Sequence record: LR597660
Length of the DNA stretch: 64,000 nt
Reading direction: 5' to 3' (one strand)
From: Escherichia phage T4_ev151
The notes under the pieces were generated by a model. The model was not told the DNA's origin. It saw only the letters and a program-made list of their open reading frames with translations, and did not search any database. Below, one piece after another: positions 34,733 through 45,034 of the stretch. Numbering within the stretch: position 1 is the stretch's first letter; every line of letters begins with the position of its first letter. Both the position numbers and the translations under genes were made by a program.

Positions 34733-35398
34733 TTAAAATTTCATTTTTCGACCTTTAAACCATCCTTCTGGAATTGGGTCAGTTTTCTTAATACGTTTAG
34801 AAACTTTTTCATCTAATGAATGAATCCACATCATACCAAATTGGGAATTCTTTTCGCCCTGTTGATGTTTATTTCTGGCGTGAGATTCTTTCATTTTATT
34901 AATAGTTTCAGGAGTATGGGTCTTACCCAAGAAAGATTTAGTATTTAAAAATTTCTCTCTATACTTAGGATTATCCCAAAGCCGTTTAAACCTTTCTGAA
35001 CCCATTTTACGATATTTTTCTTTAAGGTCTGGGTCGTTCTCAAATCTGGTTTTAAAAGCGGCAGCTCCTTTTAAGGAAGCTTCTTTCTTTTTATCCAAAT
35101 ATTCTTTAGTGTTTAAATGGTCCCAACCACCTTCACCACCTAATTTCAAATTATAAACATCAGGGCGCTTTAAAAACTCTTCAGTCACAATATTCTTTTC
35201 TGACTCAAACATAGAGGTTTTATCGTCAAAGAACTCTAATATTTCTTTAGAAAAATTTTCTATACCATACTTATCTTGGGCTCTTTTTAATAATTTACCA
35301 GAACCCATATATCCATCATCTAAATTTTCGGTAGAATGAGCGCCTATATAGATTTTATTATTAATTTTATTTGTTATTTTATAAATGTAATGGAACAT
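34733..35398 (-). CDS. segB: GIY-YIG homing endonuclease SegB
   Basis: 221 aa; MFHYIYKITNKINNKIYIGAHS GIY-YIG core; sits inside the tRNA cluster as in T4. Confidence 0.85.
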   Translation of the reverse strand: MFHYIYKITNKINNKIYIGAHSTENLDDGYMGSGKLLKRAQDKYGIENFSKEILEFFDDKTSMFESEKNIVTEEFLKRPDVYNLKLGGEGGWDHLNTKEYLDKKKEASLKGAAAFKTRFENDPDLKEKYRKMGSERFKRLWDNPKYREKFLNTKSFLGKTHTPETINKMKESHARNKHQQGEKNSQFGMMWIHSLDEKVSKRIKKTDPIPEGWFKGRKMKF

Positions 35399-35439
35399 AA
35401 ATATCTCCTATTTCTAAGAGTATTTATGTTCTCAAAATA

Positions 35440-35511
35440 TGGCCCTGGGTGGAATTGAACCACCATCTGGCGATTATGAGTCGCTTGCTTGAACCTTCCA
35501 GCTACAGGGCC
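35440..35511 (-). tRNA. tRNA-Ile (anticodon CAT, lysidine-type)
   Basis: Acceptor ggccctg/cagggcc, T-loop ggttcaattcc, anticodon loop cTCATaa; assignment by T4 order. Confidence 0.7.
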
Positions 35512-35517
35512 TTGATA

Positions 35518-35590
35518 TGCTGATTGACGGAATCGAACCGCCGACATCCTCATTACAAGTGAGGTGCTCTACCTACTGAGCTAAATCAGC
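35518..35590 (-). tRNA. tRNA-Thr (anticodon TGT)
   Basis: Acceptor gctgatt/aatcagc, anticodon loop cTTGTaa, T-loop ggttcgattcc. Confidence 0.8.
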
Positions 35591-35597
35591 GAAATTA

Positions 35598-35684
35598 CGG
35601 AGGCGATAGGATTTGAACCTATGAGTCGCCGGAGCGACTGCCGGTTTTCAAGACCGGTGCATTAAACCACTCTGCCACGCCTCC
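35598..35684 (-). tRNA. tRNA-Ser (anticodon TGA), long variable arm
   Basis: 87 nt; acceptor ggaggcg/cgcctcc, anticodon loop cTTGAaa. Confidence 0.8.
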
Positions 35685-35686
35685 AG

Positions 35687-35760
35687 TCTCCGTGGCAGGA
35701 TTTGAACCTACGACATTCTGCTCCCAAAGCAGACGCTCTACCAAACTGAGCTACACGGAG
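35687..35760 (-). tRNA. tRNA-Pro (anticodon TGG)
   Basis: Acceptor ctccgtg/cacggag, anticodon loop cTTTGGGa, T-loop ttcaaat. Confidence 0.8.
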
Positions 35761-35772
35761 TAAATTAAATTT

Positions 35773-35844
<72 letters not shown>

Positions 35845-35850
35845 AAACTT

Positions 35851-35937
35851 TGGTACGAGAAGTGGGACTCGAACCCACAAGGAAATCATTCCGCAGCATT
35901 TTAAGTGCTGTGCCTTTACCAATTTGACCATTCTCGC
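35851..35937 (-). tRNA. tRNA-Leu (anticodon TAA), long variable arm, CCA encoded
   Basis: 87 nt; acceptor gcgagaa/ttctcgt, anticodon loop cTTAAaa. Confidence 0.8.
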
Positions 35938-35943
35938 GCTATA

Positions 35944-36552
35944 TTATTTATTACGTGAAAAAGACTGTTCTATCAATTCTGGACACTTTCGTTCTATCCA
36001 TTTTCTAGCTTTTTGTGGGCTTATACCTATTATTTTAGCAGCTTTACTAACCCATCCAAATTTAGAATAATCGATTTTAACTAATTCTTCGTAAATTTCA
36101 TCAGTTAAAATCTTTTCATTAATATTTACCAGTAAATGATATAATTTATTATCATTAGCAATTTTAATGAATCTTTTATAGTTTCCGCCTTTACTTAAAC
36201 CTAATGAAGTAATTGCAGATGATATAGTAGCCGAATTTAATAGTGCGTTTAAAATTTCTTCATCACTAACATTATAACGCTTTCTATTATTTTTAATATT
36301 TTTACCAGCAAAAGTATCAGTTTGCGAATGGCAATTTGGGCATAATAATCTTAAATTTGATTTAAGATGATTTTTGTTATTTCCATCAATATGGTCTAAT
36401 TGTAGAACAATATGCTTATTTTGCCATTTTGAAATTTTACAAATTGCACACTCATATGGAAAAATATTTTCTTTTATTATTTTGTCTTTCAGCTTTCCTG
36501 TACTAAAATTTGGATGTTTTCCTTCAAAAATTTCAGCTAATTTAGTATCCAT
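35944..36552 (-). CDS. HNH homing endonuclease
   Basis: HNH motif LQLDHIDGNNKNHLKSNLRLLCPNCHSQTD; ATG 36552 (track TTG 36576); stop 6 nt from tRNA-Leu 5' end. Confidence 0.75.
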   Translation of the reverse strand: MDTKLAEIFEGKHPNFSTGKLKDKIIKENIFPYECAICKISKWQNKHIVLQLDHIDGNNKNHLKSNLRLLCPNCHSQTDTFAGKNIKNNRKRYNVSDEEILNALLNSATISSAITSLGLSKGGNYKRFIKIANDNKLYHLLVNINEKILTDEIYEELVKIDYSKFGWVSKAAKIIGISPQKARKWIERKCPELIEQSFSRNK

Positions 36553-36634
36553 AATATGATTCCCAATTATTAACAAAGGCTCTCAAACAAGAACCCTTGA
36601 TGATAGAGGGTATTAATCAGTGCGGTATGAGTTA

Positions 36635-36660
36635 ATAATAACAAATAATTCTTAAAGCAT
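36635..36660 (-). promoter_or_regulatory. Putative MotA-dependent middle promoter driving the HNH gene and tRNA array
   Basis: Minus strand TGCTTTA, 12 nt, TATTAT; early-type -10 TGATTAATACCC just downstream. Confidence 0.4.
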
Positions 36661-36662
36661 AT

Positions 36663-36950
36663 TTACCATTTATGATGATACATACTTACGATGCATTCAA
36701 GACCCAAAGAATTCTTGAAAATATCATATTCAAGAGGACCTTTTTCTGTTTCAATAAAGAAATCAAAATTTACTGTGTTAAATTTACGGTCTTCCTTCAC
36801 CAATTTAACTTGAGAAGATGAACGGTCAATATAAACCTTTTCAACTTCAAAATATGTTAAAATGCCATAATCATCAATCAAGGCTTTAGCTGCTTCTTGA
36901 TCATATTTATATCCATTTTCAATGGACGATACTTTAGCATAAAGAATCAT
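36663..36950 (-). CDS. Hypothetical protein
   Basis: 95-aa ORF, ATG start. Confidence 0.5.
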   Translation of the reverse strand: MILYAKVSSIENGYKYDQEAAKALIDDYGILTYFEVEKVYIDRSSSQVKLVKEDRKFNTVNFDFFIETEKGPLEYDIFKNSLGLECIVSMYHHKW

Positions 36951-36952
36951 TA

Positions 36953-37336
36953 TCAGCCTTCATCAACAATAGTATGAGTGTGGGCATTTACAATTTGCCA
37001 CCAATCAAAGCGATTAGAACCATACATCGGTTTGTTTTCATTTTCTTTGATAATATCACGGAGTTCATCTTCAGTAGCGGCTTTCGCGATTAAATCAGCA
37101 TATCCACCACAAGGATAATAATTATCACCTGCAAAAAGTAAAAAATTTGGTGTAATATTATTGAACTCTTCAAGAGTAATAACTGTTCCTGATGGTAGTT
37201 GAACAATCTCTACATAGTTATATCCTAATTTTTGAGCAGCATCTACTGCTTCAAGCAGGGTATCATGAGCCCGTCCTATTTGGCAATTTGGCTTTTTAGA
37301 TGGATTAGCCTGATAATCCGCGTACACTTTATACAT
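36953..37336 (-). CDS. Hypothetical protein
   Basis: ATG 37336 with AAGGTGA SD (track TTG 37369). Confidence 0.5.
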   Translation of the reverse strand: MYKVYADYQANPSKKPNCQIGRAHDTLLEAVDAAQKLGYNYVEIVQLPSGTVITLEEFNNITPNFLLFAGDNYYPCGGYADLIAKAATEDELRDIIKENENKPMYGSNRFDWWQIVNAHTHTIVDEG

Positions 37337-37337
37337 T

Positions 37338-37523
37338 CTATTCACCTTTAGAAATTTTATCCATAACAATAGCGATTAAACCAATTAAAAATGCTACTAC
37401 AAGTGAAAACACATTTTCTGCTGTAGTCAATAATCCACATATAAATCCAACAAACATTGAAAAACTAAAAGCGGAAGCAGAAATTGCAATAGCAACATTT
37501 CGAATTAATTCACAACGTTTCAT
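37338..37523 (-). CDS. Small membrane protein
   Basis: 61 aa, two hydrophobic segments, GAGGAG SD, own early promoter. Confidence 0.55.
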   Translation of the reverse strand: MKRCELIRNVAIAISASAFSFSMFVGFICGLLTTAENVFSLVVAFLIGLIAIVMDKISKGE

Positions 37524-37551
37524 TTTATTCTCCTCAGTAGTTGATAGGGTA

Positions 37552-37581
37552 ATAATATCACCACCCTATCTAAAAGTAAAC
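37552..37581 (-). promoter_or_regulatory. T4-type early promoter
   Basis: Minus strand GTTTAC, 18 nt, GGTGATATTATT; -10 flanked by 8-bp inverted repeat gatagggt/accctatc. Confidence 0.5.
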
Positions 37582-37815
37582 TTATTTTTTACGAAAAATT
37601 GATTTATATTTATCAGCCCATTTCTCGATGACTTTTTCTGGTCCATAGATAACAAAATAATCACCAAACTCTTCACCACCGAGCTGACCGAAATTATCTA
37701 ATGCATCACGAAGAACTCCATGAGGCATTTCGCCCATTTTATCTTTCTTACCAATGTAAATAAACTCAACTTTTACATCAGCAGCTTCAGCAATAAATTC
37801 TTGATACGTTTTCAT
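37582..37815 (-). CDS. Internal protein family member at the ipI locus (capsid-targeting sequence MKTYQEFIAE)
   Basis: 77 aa from ATG 37815 (GGAG SD); N-terminus MKTYQEFIAEAA; adjacent to 57B as T4 ipI. Confidence 0.65.
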   Translation of the reverse strand: MKTYQEFIAEAADVKVEFIYIGKKDKMGEMPHGVLRDALDNFGQLGGEEFGDYFVIYGPEKVIEKWADKYKSIFRKK

Positions 37816-37851
37816 TTTATTCTCCAATTTCACATTTGTTTTGATAGGGTA

Positions 37852-37881
37852 ATAGTATCACTACTAAAACCCCGTGTAAAC
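37852..37881 (-). promoter_or_regulatory. T4-type early promoter
   Basis: Minus strand GTTTACA, 18 nt, GTGATACTATT. Confidence 0.5.
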
Positions 37882-37893
37882 AACTTTGTGAAA

Positions 37894-38578
<685 letters not shown>

Positions 38579-38579
<1 letters not shown>

Positions 38580-39304
38580 TATAGTACCTTTAGTGTATTT
38601 TTAATTTTAGAAAAAAGTTCTTCAAGAGAACCATCGTTTGTAATTACTAAATCGCCATCACGAATTGGCAATCCAGCTTCTGTAATATGTGTATCATTGG
38701 ATTTTTGACCAGGACGAACTACATGAATTACTGTAGCACCCATCGCCCTAGCCGCATCCATTTCATGATCTTGACGAGTATCAGGAACGATATAATAATC
38801 ATAACCTGAGTTAAATTTATCAAGATAATCTAAAGCAAATAATTTTACCCAATACATGCGGTCGAAGTTATTAACAATCAAATCCGTACCTAGGGCTTGC
38901 ATCAGACGACGGACTGACCATTGATCTTCAATATTATTTATAACGTCAATAATCTTGTTAAATGCTACGGAATTAACTGATTCTTGTCCTTCGTCATCAA
39001 AAACAAACACATCCTTAATTGGGCTTTTACCATTAAGATAGCAAAATGCTTGTTCCATAATCGTGATTACTTCTGATTTAGTCAGATTTAAATTAGTCTC
39101 ACGATCATAGTCAATTCCTTCAAACTCTTTACGAGTTAAGCAAGGATAGTCAGTGTTTGCTGCAAATACTCCCCATGCATAAGCCAATGCATCCTTAATA
39201 GGACCAGCAAGTTGGTATTTAACTGCAGAATAATTGCTCATGATAAAATCAGCAGTAGTATCTTTTCCACTACGCTTTACACCGCTTAAAAAGATTAGTT
39301 TCAT
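38579..39304 (-). CDS. 1: Deoxynucleoside monophosphate kinase gp1
   Basis: 241 aa from ATG 39304; MKLIFLSGVKRSGKDTTADF P-loop; matches recalled T4 gp1. Confidence 0.95.
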
Positions 39305-39353
39305 GTGTTTCTCCTCAAATTTAATTAAGATTATAACACACAAAACTGAAGCA

Positions 39354-39884
39354 TTAAACTTCTGCTATAATTTTTCCATCTTTTTCTACTTGAAAATAGG
39401 TGTAAGGAATCGTTGCTGTACATACTAAAGCCGGATCTGAATCTTCTGTGTAGCTAAATTCTACTTCAGATAGGTCAGAAACCCAAGGCTTATAAAAATT
39501 TATTGACATCACGATTTCAGTTTTGCTATTATCTAAAATGTAAAGCGTAATGTACTCAGGACCTGTTTTTTGGGCAGTATTTTCACCTGTAAGATAGTTA
39601 CTAGTTCCTAGCATCCATTCATACATTCCTATCCATGATTTAAGTTCTTCATCAACTATAAATCTCACAATGAGTGGATCATACTCGAATGTAACACCTG
39701 GACGTTGTGCTCGGCCCAGTCCAAACGGCCCAGTCACGGTATCAGTAACAGGTATTCTAATTCCTGGAATAGGAACTGACTGAGCATTTAAAGTAAAAGC
39801 AGATGTAGTATTACTATGTGGTATTGATACTACAAAGTTAGTTGTATTTGCTTGGTTAAAAATTTGTTGCAGAGCTTGCGACAT
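39354..39884 (-). CDS. 3: Tail completion / sheath stabilizer gp3
   Basis: 176 aa from ATG 39884 (MSQALQQIFNQANTTNF...); GAGGAA SD; track TTG extension rejected. Confidence 0.9.
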   Translation of the reverse strand: MSQALQQIFNQANTTNFVVSIPHSNTTSAFTLNAQSVPIPGIRIPVTDTVTGPFGLGRAQRPGVTFEYDPLIVRFIVDEELKSWIGMYEWMLGTSNYLTGENTAQKTGPEYITLYILDNSKTEIVMSINFYKPWVSDLSEVEFSYTEDSDPALVCTATIPYTYFQVEKDGKIIAEV

Positions 39885-39990
39885 ATATTCCTCATAATGC
39901 TTTATAACTGTTAGTGGTATAATGGGTCTAAGTCCCTTCCATTCAATTCCATTTAGAACAAACAACAGAAAAGAATGGAAGATAATAGAA

Positions 39991-40815
39991 TTAGATATTT
40001 GACCAGACTTTGTTTGCAGAGAAACGTTTTCCTTTTGAGTAGAAGCTTTGGAGTGGCATCAACACAACGTTCGCCCAGTCTTTCGGGGCGATTTCAACAA
40101 GGCTACCCATAATATTACCAGGTATATATGCCTTAATCATTTGGTCTGCACCCCTAAATCCTTTCACTTGACTCCAATCAATTTTTAATTTCGTTTTATT
40201 AGTAATAGTAGGTGTATTTGCATATTGCTTTAAAAGCTCTTCTAGAAACTGTTGACGAGCTTTAGGTGGAATATAGTGCAAGTTTAATCCGTACATTAAA
40301 TTATGCTTACCTAAACCAAGGTAAATTATCAAAGGAAATTTATCCCAGTAAGGAAGAGTTTCCTTGTGTTTAGCATCATAAGCAAAAGCATATATTCGTC
40401 CCGGCTGCGGGCGAACAACTTTATGTCCTTTTACTTGCTTAATAGTTTCAGCAAACCACTTTCTGGTTTTATTATTAATTGCTGCACCTTCATTACGAAT
40501 TTTATCACGCAATGTTTGTCTGAATGAATTTATCATAAGCAGTTGTCTTTCTTGCTTATTGAGTTTATTCATTGGTTTTGATTCAAGCTTTTGAATCTTT
40601 TCAGCTGTTTTAATTCCTGAAGCATATTTTGACATTGCTGAAGTAAACGTAGAGTATTTGATTCCTCTTTCTTCAGCAAATTGCTTTCCTGTCATTCCTT
40701 TTGCTTTGGCCTTTTTATATTCAAGACCTATCTGAATCCATTTCTTTTCGTTTAATGATTGCTTAACCTTTGGAACTTGGGGAGTGCTTTCATTAATTAT
40801 TTGAAAAATAGCCAT
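39991..40815 (-). CDS. 2: DNA end protector gp2
   Basis: 274 aa, size and position as T4 gp2. Confidence 0.9.
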   Translation of the reverse strand: MAIFQIINESTPQVPKVKQSLNEKKWIQIGLEYKKAKAKGMTGKQFAEERGIKYSTFTSAMSKYASGIKTAEKIQKLESKPMNKLNKQERQLLMINSFRQTLRDKIRNEGAAINNKTRKWFAETIKQVKGHKVVRPQPGRIYAFAYDAKHKETLPYWDKFPLIIYLGLGKHNLMYGLNLHYIPPKARQQFLEELLKQYANTPTITNKTKLKIDWSQVKGFRGADQMIKAYIPGNIMGSLVEIAPKDWANVVLMPLQSFYSKGKRFSANKVWSNI

Positions 40816-41267
40816 TATGCCCCCTTAAAGCCAAGAGCTCGTAATCCATCTTCTGTTAGAATTCTAAATTTTATTCCACGCTTTTCAGCTAAAGATTGCG
40901 CTGCTTTCCATTTGTCAGTATTAACTGAATATGTATAAATTTCATTCATAAATCTTTTCTTCGCTGCGGTTGTTAGATGTGCTGGTTTAACTGGTGGTTG
41001 TGTTTCTTTTTTAGGTTTTATTTCAATAAAAAATTCTTGTCCAGAAGAATCTTTCATCCAAATATCCATGAAGTATCTACGTTTTTTCCCTTCTGCATTA
41101 CAAAAATAAGGAATTACTGCTGTTTCACTACCCCATGCAATAATTTCTGGATTTTTATCTAACCATTCAAAAAAGAATTTTTCCCAATTTGATCTATACG
41201 TAATTTTTTTAGGGTCACCTCTATACTTTGATATATTTTTAGGAACCCATTTTCCAGAATATGCCAT
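40815..41267 (-). CDS. 4: Head completion protein gp4
   Basis: 150 aa, AAGGAGAATCCA SD, position as T4 gp4. Confidence 0.9.
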   Translation of the reverse strand: MAYSGKWVPKNISKYRGDPKKITYRSNWEKFFFEWLDKNPEIIAWGSETAVIPYFCNAEGKKRRYFMDIWMKDSSGQEFFIEIKPKKETQPPVKPAHLTTAAKKRFMNEIYTYSVNTDKWKAAQSLAEKRGIKFRILTEDGLRALGFKGA

Positions 41268-41278
41268 TGGATTCTCCT

Positions 41279-41286
41279 TATAAATA
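41279..41286 (+). promoter_or_regulatory. Late promoter (TATAAATA) for gene 53
   Basis: Exact TATAAATA 28 nt upstream of gene 53 ATG. Confidence 0.65.
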
Positions 41287-41293
41287 GATAATA

Positions 41294-41301
41294 TATTTAT
41301 A
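41294..41301 (-). promoter_or_regulatory. Late promoter (TATAAATA) for genes 4-2-3, divergent from P53
   Basis: Exact TATAAATA on minus strand 27 nt upstream of gene 4 ATG. Confidence 0.65.
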
Positions 41302-41314
41302 AACAGGAGGGACC

Positions 41315-41905
41315 ATGCTCTTTACATTTTTTGATCCGATTGAATATGCGGCCAAAACGGTGAATAAAAACGCGCCGACTATTCCTATGACAGATATTTT
41401 TAGAAACTATAAAGACTATTTTAAACGCGCTCTTGCGGGATACCGCTTACGTACTTATTATATCAAAGGTTCACCACGTCCGGAAGAATTAGCAAATACT
41501 ATATATGGAAATCCACAGCTGTATTGGGTTTTATTGATGTGTAATGATAATTATGATCCATATTATGGATGGATTACTTCACAAGAAGCTGCTTATCAAG
41601 CATCTATACAAAAATACAAAAATGTGGGTGGAGACCAAATAGTATATCATGTGAATGAGAACGGTGAAAAATTTTATAATTTAATATCATACGATGATAA
41701 TCCATATGTTTGGTATGATAAAGGCGATAAAGCTAGAAAATATCCTCAATATGAAGGAGCACTTGCTGCGGTCGATACGTATGAAGCTGCTGTTCTTGAA
41801 AATGAAAAACTTCGTCAAATAAAAATAATAGCAAAATCAGACATCAATTCATTTATGAACGACCTTATACGTATAATGGAGAAATCTTATGGAAATGATA
41901 AGTAA
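41315..41905 (+). CDS. 53: Baseplate wedge protein gp53
   Basis: 196 aa, size and synteny as T4 gp53. Confidence 0.9.
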   Translation: MLFTFFDPIEYAAKTVNKNAPTIPMTDIFRNYKDYFKRALAGYRLRTYYIKGSPRPEELANTIYGNPQLYWVLLMCNDNYDPYYGWITSQEAAYQASIQKYKNVGGDQIVYHVNENGEKFYNLISYDDNPYVWYDKGDKARKYPQYEGALAAVDTYEAAVLENEKLRQIKIIAKSDINSFMNDLIRIMEKSYGNDK

Positions 41906-43619
41906 TAACCTTAATTGGTTTGTTGGTGTTGTTGAAGATAGAATGGACCCATTAAAATTAGGTCGTGTTCGCGTTCGTGTGGTTGGTCTGCATCCACCAC
42001 AAAGAGCACAAGGTGATGTAATGGGTATTCCAACTGAAAAATTACCATGGATGTCAGTTATTCAACCTATAACTTCTGCAGCAATGTCAGGAATTGGAGG
42101 TTCTGTTACAGGGCCAGTAGAAGGAACTAGAGTTTATGGTCATTTTTTAGACAAATGGAAAACTAACGGAATTGTCCTTGGCACGTATGGTGGAATAGTT
42201 CGCGAAAAACCTAATAGACTTGAAGGATTTTCTGACCCAACTGGGCAATATCCTAGACGTTTAGGAAATGATACTAACGTATTAAACCAAGGCGGAGAAG
42301 TAGGATATGATTCCTCTTCTAACGTTATTCAAGATAGTAACTTAGACACTGCAATAAATCCCGATGATAGACCACTATCAGAGATTCCAACCGATGATAA
42401 TCCAAATATGTCAATGGCTGAAATGCTTCGCCGTGATGAAGGATTAAGACTAAAAGTTTATTGGGATACCGAAGGATATCCGACAATTGGTATTGGTCAT
42501 CTTATCATGAAACAGCCAGTTCGTGATATGGCTCAAATTAATAAAGTTTTATCAAAACAAGTTGGTCGTGAAATTACTGGAAACCCAGGTTCTATTACAA
42601 TGGAAGAGGCGACGACTTTATTTGAGCGTGATTTGGCTGATATGCAACGGGACATTAAATCACATTCTAAAGTAGGACCAGTCTGGCAAGCTGTCAACCG
42701 TTCTCGTCAAATGGCGTTAGAAAATATGGCATTTCAAATGGGTGTTGGTGGTGTAGCTAAATTTAACACAATGTTAACTGCTATGTTAGCCGGAGATTGG
42801 GAAAAAGCATATAAAGCCGGTCGTGATTCATTGTGGTATCAACAAACAAAAGGCCGTGCATCCCGTGTTACCATGATTATTCTTACCGGAAATTTGGAAT
42901 CATATGGTATTGAAGTTAAAACACCAGCTAGGTCTTTGTCGGCAATGGCTGCTACTGTGGCGAAGTCTTCTGATCCAGCTGACCCTCCTATTCCAAATGA
43001 CTCGAGAATTTTATTCAAAGAACCAGTTTCTTCATATAAAGGTGAGTATCCTTATGTGCATACGATGGAAACTGAAAGTGGGCATATCCAAGAATTTGAT
43101 GATACTCCTGGGCAAGAACGATATAGATTAGTTCATCCAACTGGAACTTATGAAGAAGTATCACCATCAGGAAGAAGAACAAGAAAAACTGTTGATAATT
43201 TGTATGATATAACCAACGCTGATGGTAATTTTTTGGTAGCCGGTGATAAAAAGACTAACGTCGGTGGATCAGAAATTTATTACAACATGGATAATCGTCT
43301 TCACCAGATAGATGGAAGTAATACAATATTTGTACGTGGCGATGAAACTAAGACAGTTGAAGGTAATGGAACTATCTTAGTTAAAGGTAATGTTACTATT
43401 ATAGTTGAAGGTAATGCTGACATTACAGTTAAAGGAGATGCTACCACTTTAGTTGAAGGAAATCAAACCAATACAGTAAATGGAAATCTTTCTTGGAAAG
43501 TTGCCGGGACAGTTGATTGGGACGTTGGTGGTGATTGGACAGAAAAAATGGCATCTATGAGTTCTATTTCATCTGGTCAATACACAATTGATGGTAGCCG
43601 TATAGACGTAGGTTTATAA
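41889..43619 (+). CDS. 5: Baseplate hub / tail lysozyme gp5
   Basis: 576 aa; central T4-lysozyme-like domain (MAEMLRRDEGLRLKVYWDTEGYPTIGIGHL) and C-terminal VxGxxxxx beta-helix repeats. Confidence 0.95.
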   Translation: MEMISNNLNWFVGVVEDRMDPLKLGRVRVRVVGLHPPQRAQGDVMGIPTEKLPWMSVIQPITSAAMSGIGGSVTGPVEGTRVYGHFLDKWKTNGIVLGTYGGIVREKPNRLEGFSDPTGQYPRRLGNDTNVLNQGGEVGYDSSSNVIQDSNLDTAINPDDRPLSEIPTDDNPNMSMAEMLRRDEGLRLKVYWDTEGYPTIGIGHLIMKQPVRDMAQINKVLSKQVGREITGNPGSITMEEATTLFERDLADMQRDIKSHSKVGPVWQAVNRSRQMALENMAFQMGVGGVAKFNTMLTAMLAGDWEKAYKAGRDSLWYQQTKGRASRVTMIILTGNLESYGIEVKTPARSLSAMAATVAKSSDPADPPIPNDSRILFKEPVSSYKGEYPYVHTMETESGHIQEFDDTPGQERYRLVHPTGTYEEVSPSGRRTRKTVDNLYDITNADGNFLVAGDKKTNVGGSEIYYNMDNRLHQIDGSNTIFVRGDETKTVEGNGTILVKGNVTIIVEGNADITVKGDATTLVEGNQTNTVNGNLSWKVAGTVDWDVGGDWTEKMASMSSISSGQYTIDGSRIDVGL

Positions 43620-43622
43620 ATA
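43615..43622 (+). promoter_or_regulatory. Late promoter (TATAAATA) overlapping gene 5 stop
   Basis: Exact TATAAATA 17 nt upstream of the Seg-like gene ATG. Confidence 0.55.
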
Positions 43623-43638
43623 ATTCCAGAGGTGAATT

Positions 43639-44505
43639 ATGAAAAAATCTAACACAGTTCAATTTAGATACATATATAAAACAACCGTTACTAATCCGAA
43701 AGGATTAGTACGGGTTTATATTGGTAAACATGAATCTAGATATTTTGATTTAGAAAATGATAAGTATAGAGGTTCCGGTGATTATATTAAAAAGATACGT
43801 AATAAACCTGGTTATAAAATAGATTTTGAAATAATTGAATTTGTTTCTACTTATGAAATTCTCAATTCAAGAGAAAGATATTGGATTTCGAAATATAAAT
43901 CATCTGATATTCTATGTACCAATATAAAATCCGGCGGTGATGGTTTTTCATCCGAAGATTTGAAGAGAATGTGGTCTAATCCTGAATATAGGAAAGCTCA
44001 ATTGAAGGCATTAGCTAAATCAACGTCAACTAAAGAATTTTCAGAGAAAATATCTAAAATAAACAAAGAAAGATGCGCATCGCCAGAATATCGAAAGAAA
44101 ATGAGTAATGCGATGAAAACTGCTTTTGAAAATGATCCAACATTAAAAATTCGTATTTCTAATACCGTTAAATCTTTATGGAAATCCGATGAATATAGAA
44201 ACAAATTAATCAATCATCCAGGAAAAATAGAAGGAACGAAACAATCATGGAATGATCCTTTGATAAGAAAATCGAGATTAGATGCTAGAAATAAAAAACT
44301 AAGATCAGTTGAACCTTGGATTAGTATAGAAAAAGTCAAAAAACTTTGGGAGGATTTGGGAAAACCACATCCACAGAAATACAAATGGTTTAGAGAAAAA
44401 GCAATTGAACACGACCTCCCGGATGTAAGTTATAACGCAATTTTAAAAGCGTTGAAAAAATGTGATTATAAATTTACATCATTAGAGAATTCAACAATTG
44501 GCTAA
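43639..44505 (+). CDS. GIY-YIG homing endonuclease (Seg-like) with NUMOD-type repeats
   Basis: 288 aa; FRYIYKTTV...VRVYIGKH core; repeats WSNPEYRK, ASPEYRKK, WKSDEYRN. Confidence 0.75.
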   Translation: MKKSNTVQFRYIYKTTVTNPKGLVRVYIGKHESRYFDLENDKYRGSGDYIKKIRNKPGYKIDFEIIEFVSTYEILNSRERYWISKYKSSDILCTNIKSGGDGFSSEDLKRMWSNPEYRKAQLKALAKSTSTKEFSEKISKINKERCASPEYRKKMSNAMKTAFENDPTLKIRISNTVKSLWKSDEYRNKLINHPGKIEGTKQSWNDPLIRKSRLDARNKKLRSVEPWISIEKVKKLWEDLGKPHPQKYKWFREKAIEHDLPDVSYNAILKALKKCDYKFTSLENSTIG

Positions 44506-44539
44506 TATACTTCCAATGAGCGCTGATTTAGGAGAATCC

Positions 44540-45034
44540 ATGGAAGGTTCTTCTATCGACGTCACCTTTACCGCTCAATTAGAAACAGGTGAAACGTTAG
44601 TATCTATAAATATAACTAGTTACGAAGAAACTCCTGGGGTTTTAGTAGAAGAAAATCGCTTATATGGAACATATGAATCTGTATTTGGTTTCGGAAATGA
44701 CGCGTTGAAATATCGTTTAGGCGATGAATTTAAAACTGCTGCTTCATGGGAAGAACTTCCTACTGATTCTGATACTCAGTTGTATTTGTGGAAAGCTCCT
44801 CAAAATCTCCAGAAGACATTCACTTACGAAGTAACATTAATATATGACTACCAAGAACAAAGTGAATCTGGAGGTTCTGGCAGTAATTCTAGGTCATCTT
44901 CTGATACTACTGAACCAACGGATCCTCCTGCTCCAGTAAGAAAAACTCTCGTTAAAAATTATACTAAAACTATAGTTGGAAATTGGAGTCGTTGGGCTAA
45001 TAAGCTGAGAGAATATGTCTATGCAAGACCATAA
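44540..45034 (+). CDS. Hypothetical acidic Ser/Thr-rich protein
   Basis: ATG 44540 with GGAG SD (track TTG 44498). Confidence 0.5.
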   Translation: MEGSSIDVTFTAQLETGETLVSINITSYEETPGVLVEENRLYGTYESVFGFGNDALKYRLGDEFKTAASWEELPTDSDTQLYLWKAPQNLQKTFTYEVTLIYDYQEQSESGGSGSNSRSSSDTTEPTDPPAPVRKTLVKNYTKTIVGNWSRWANKLREYVYARP

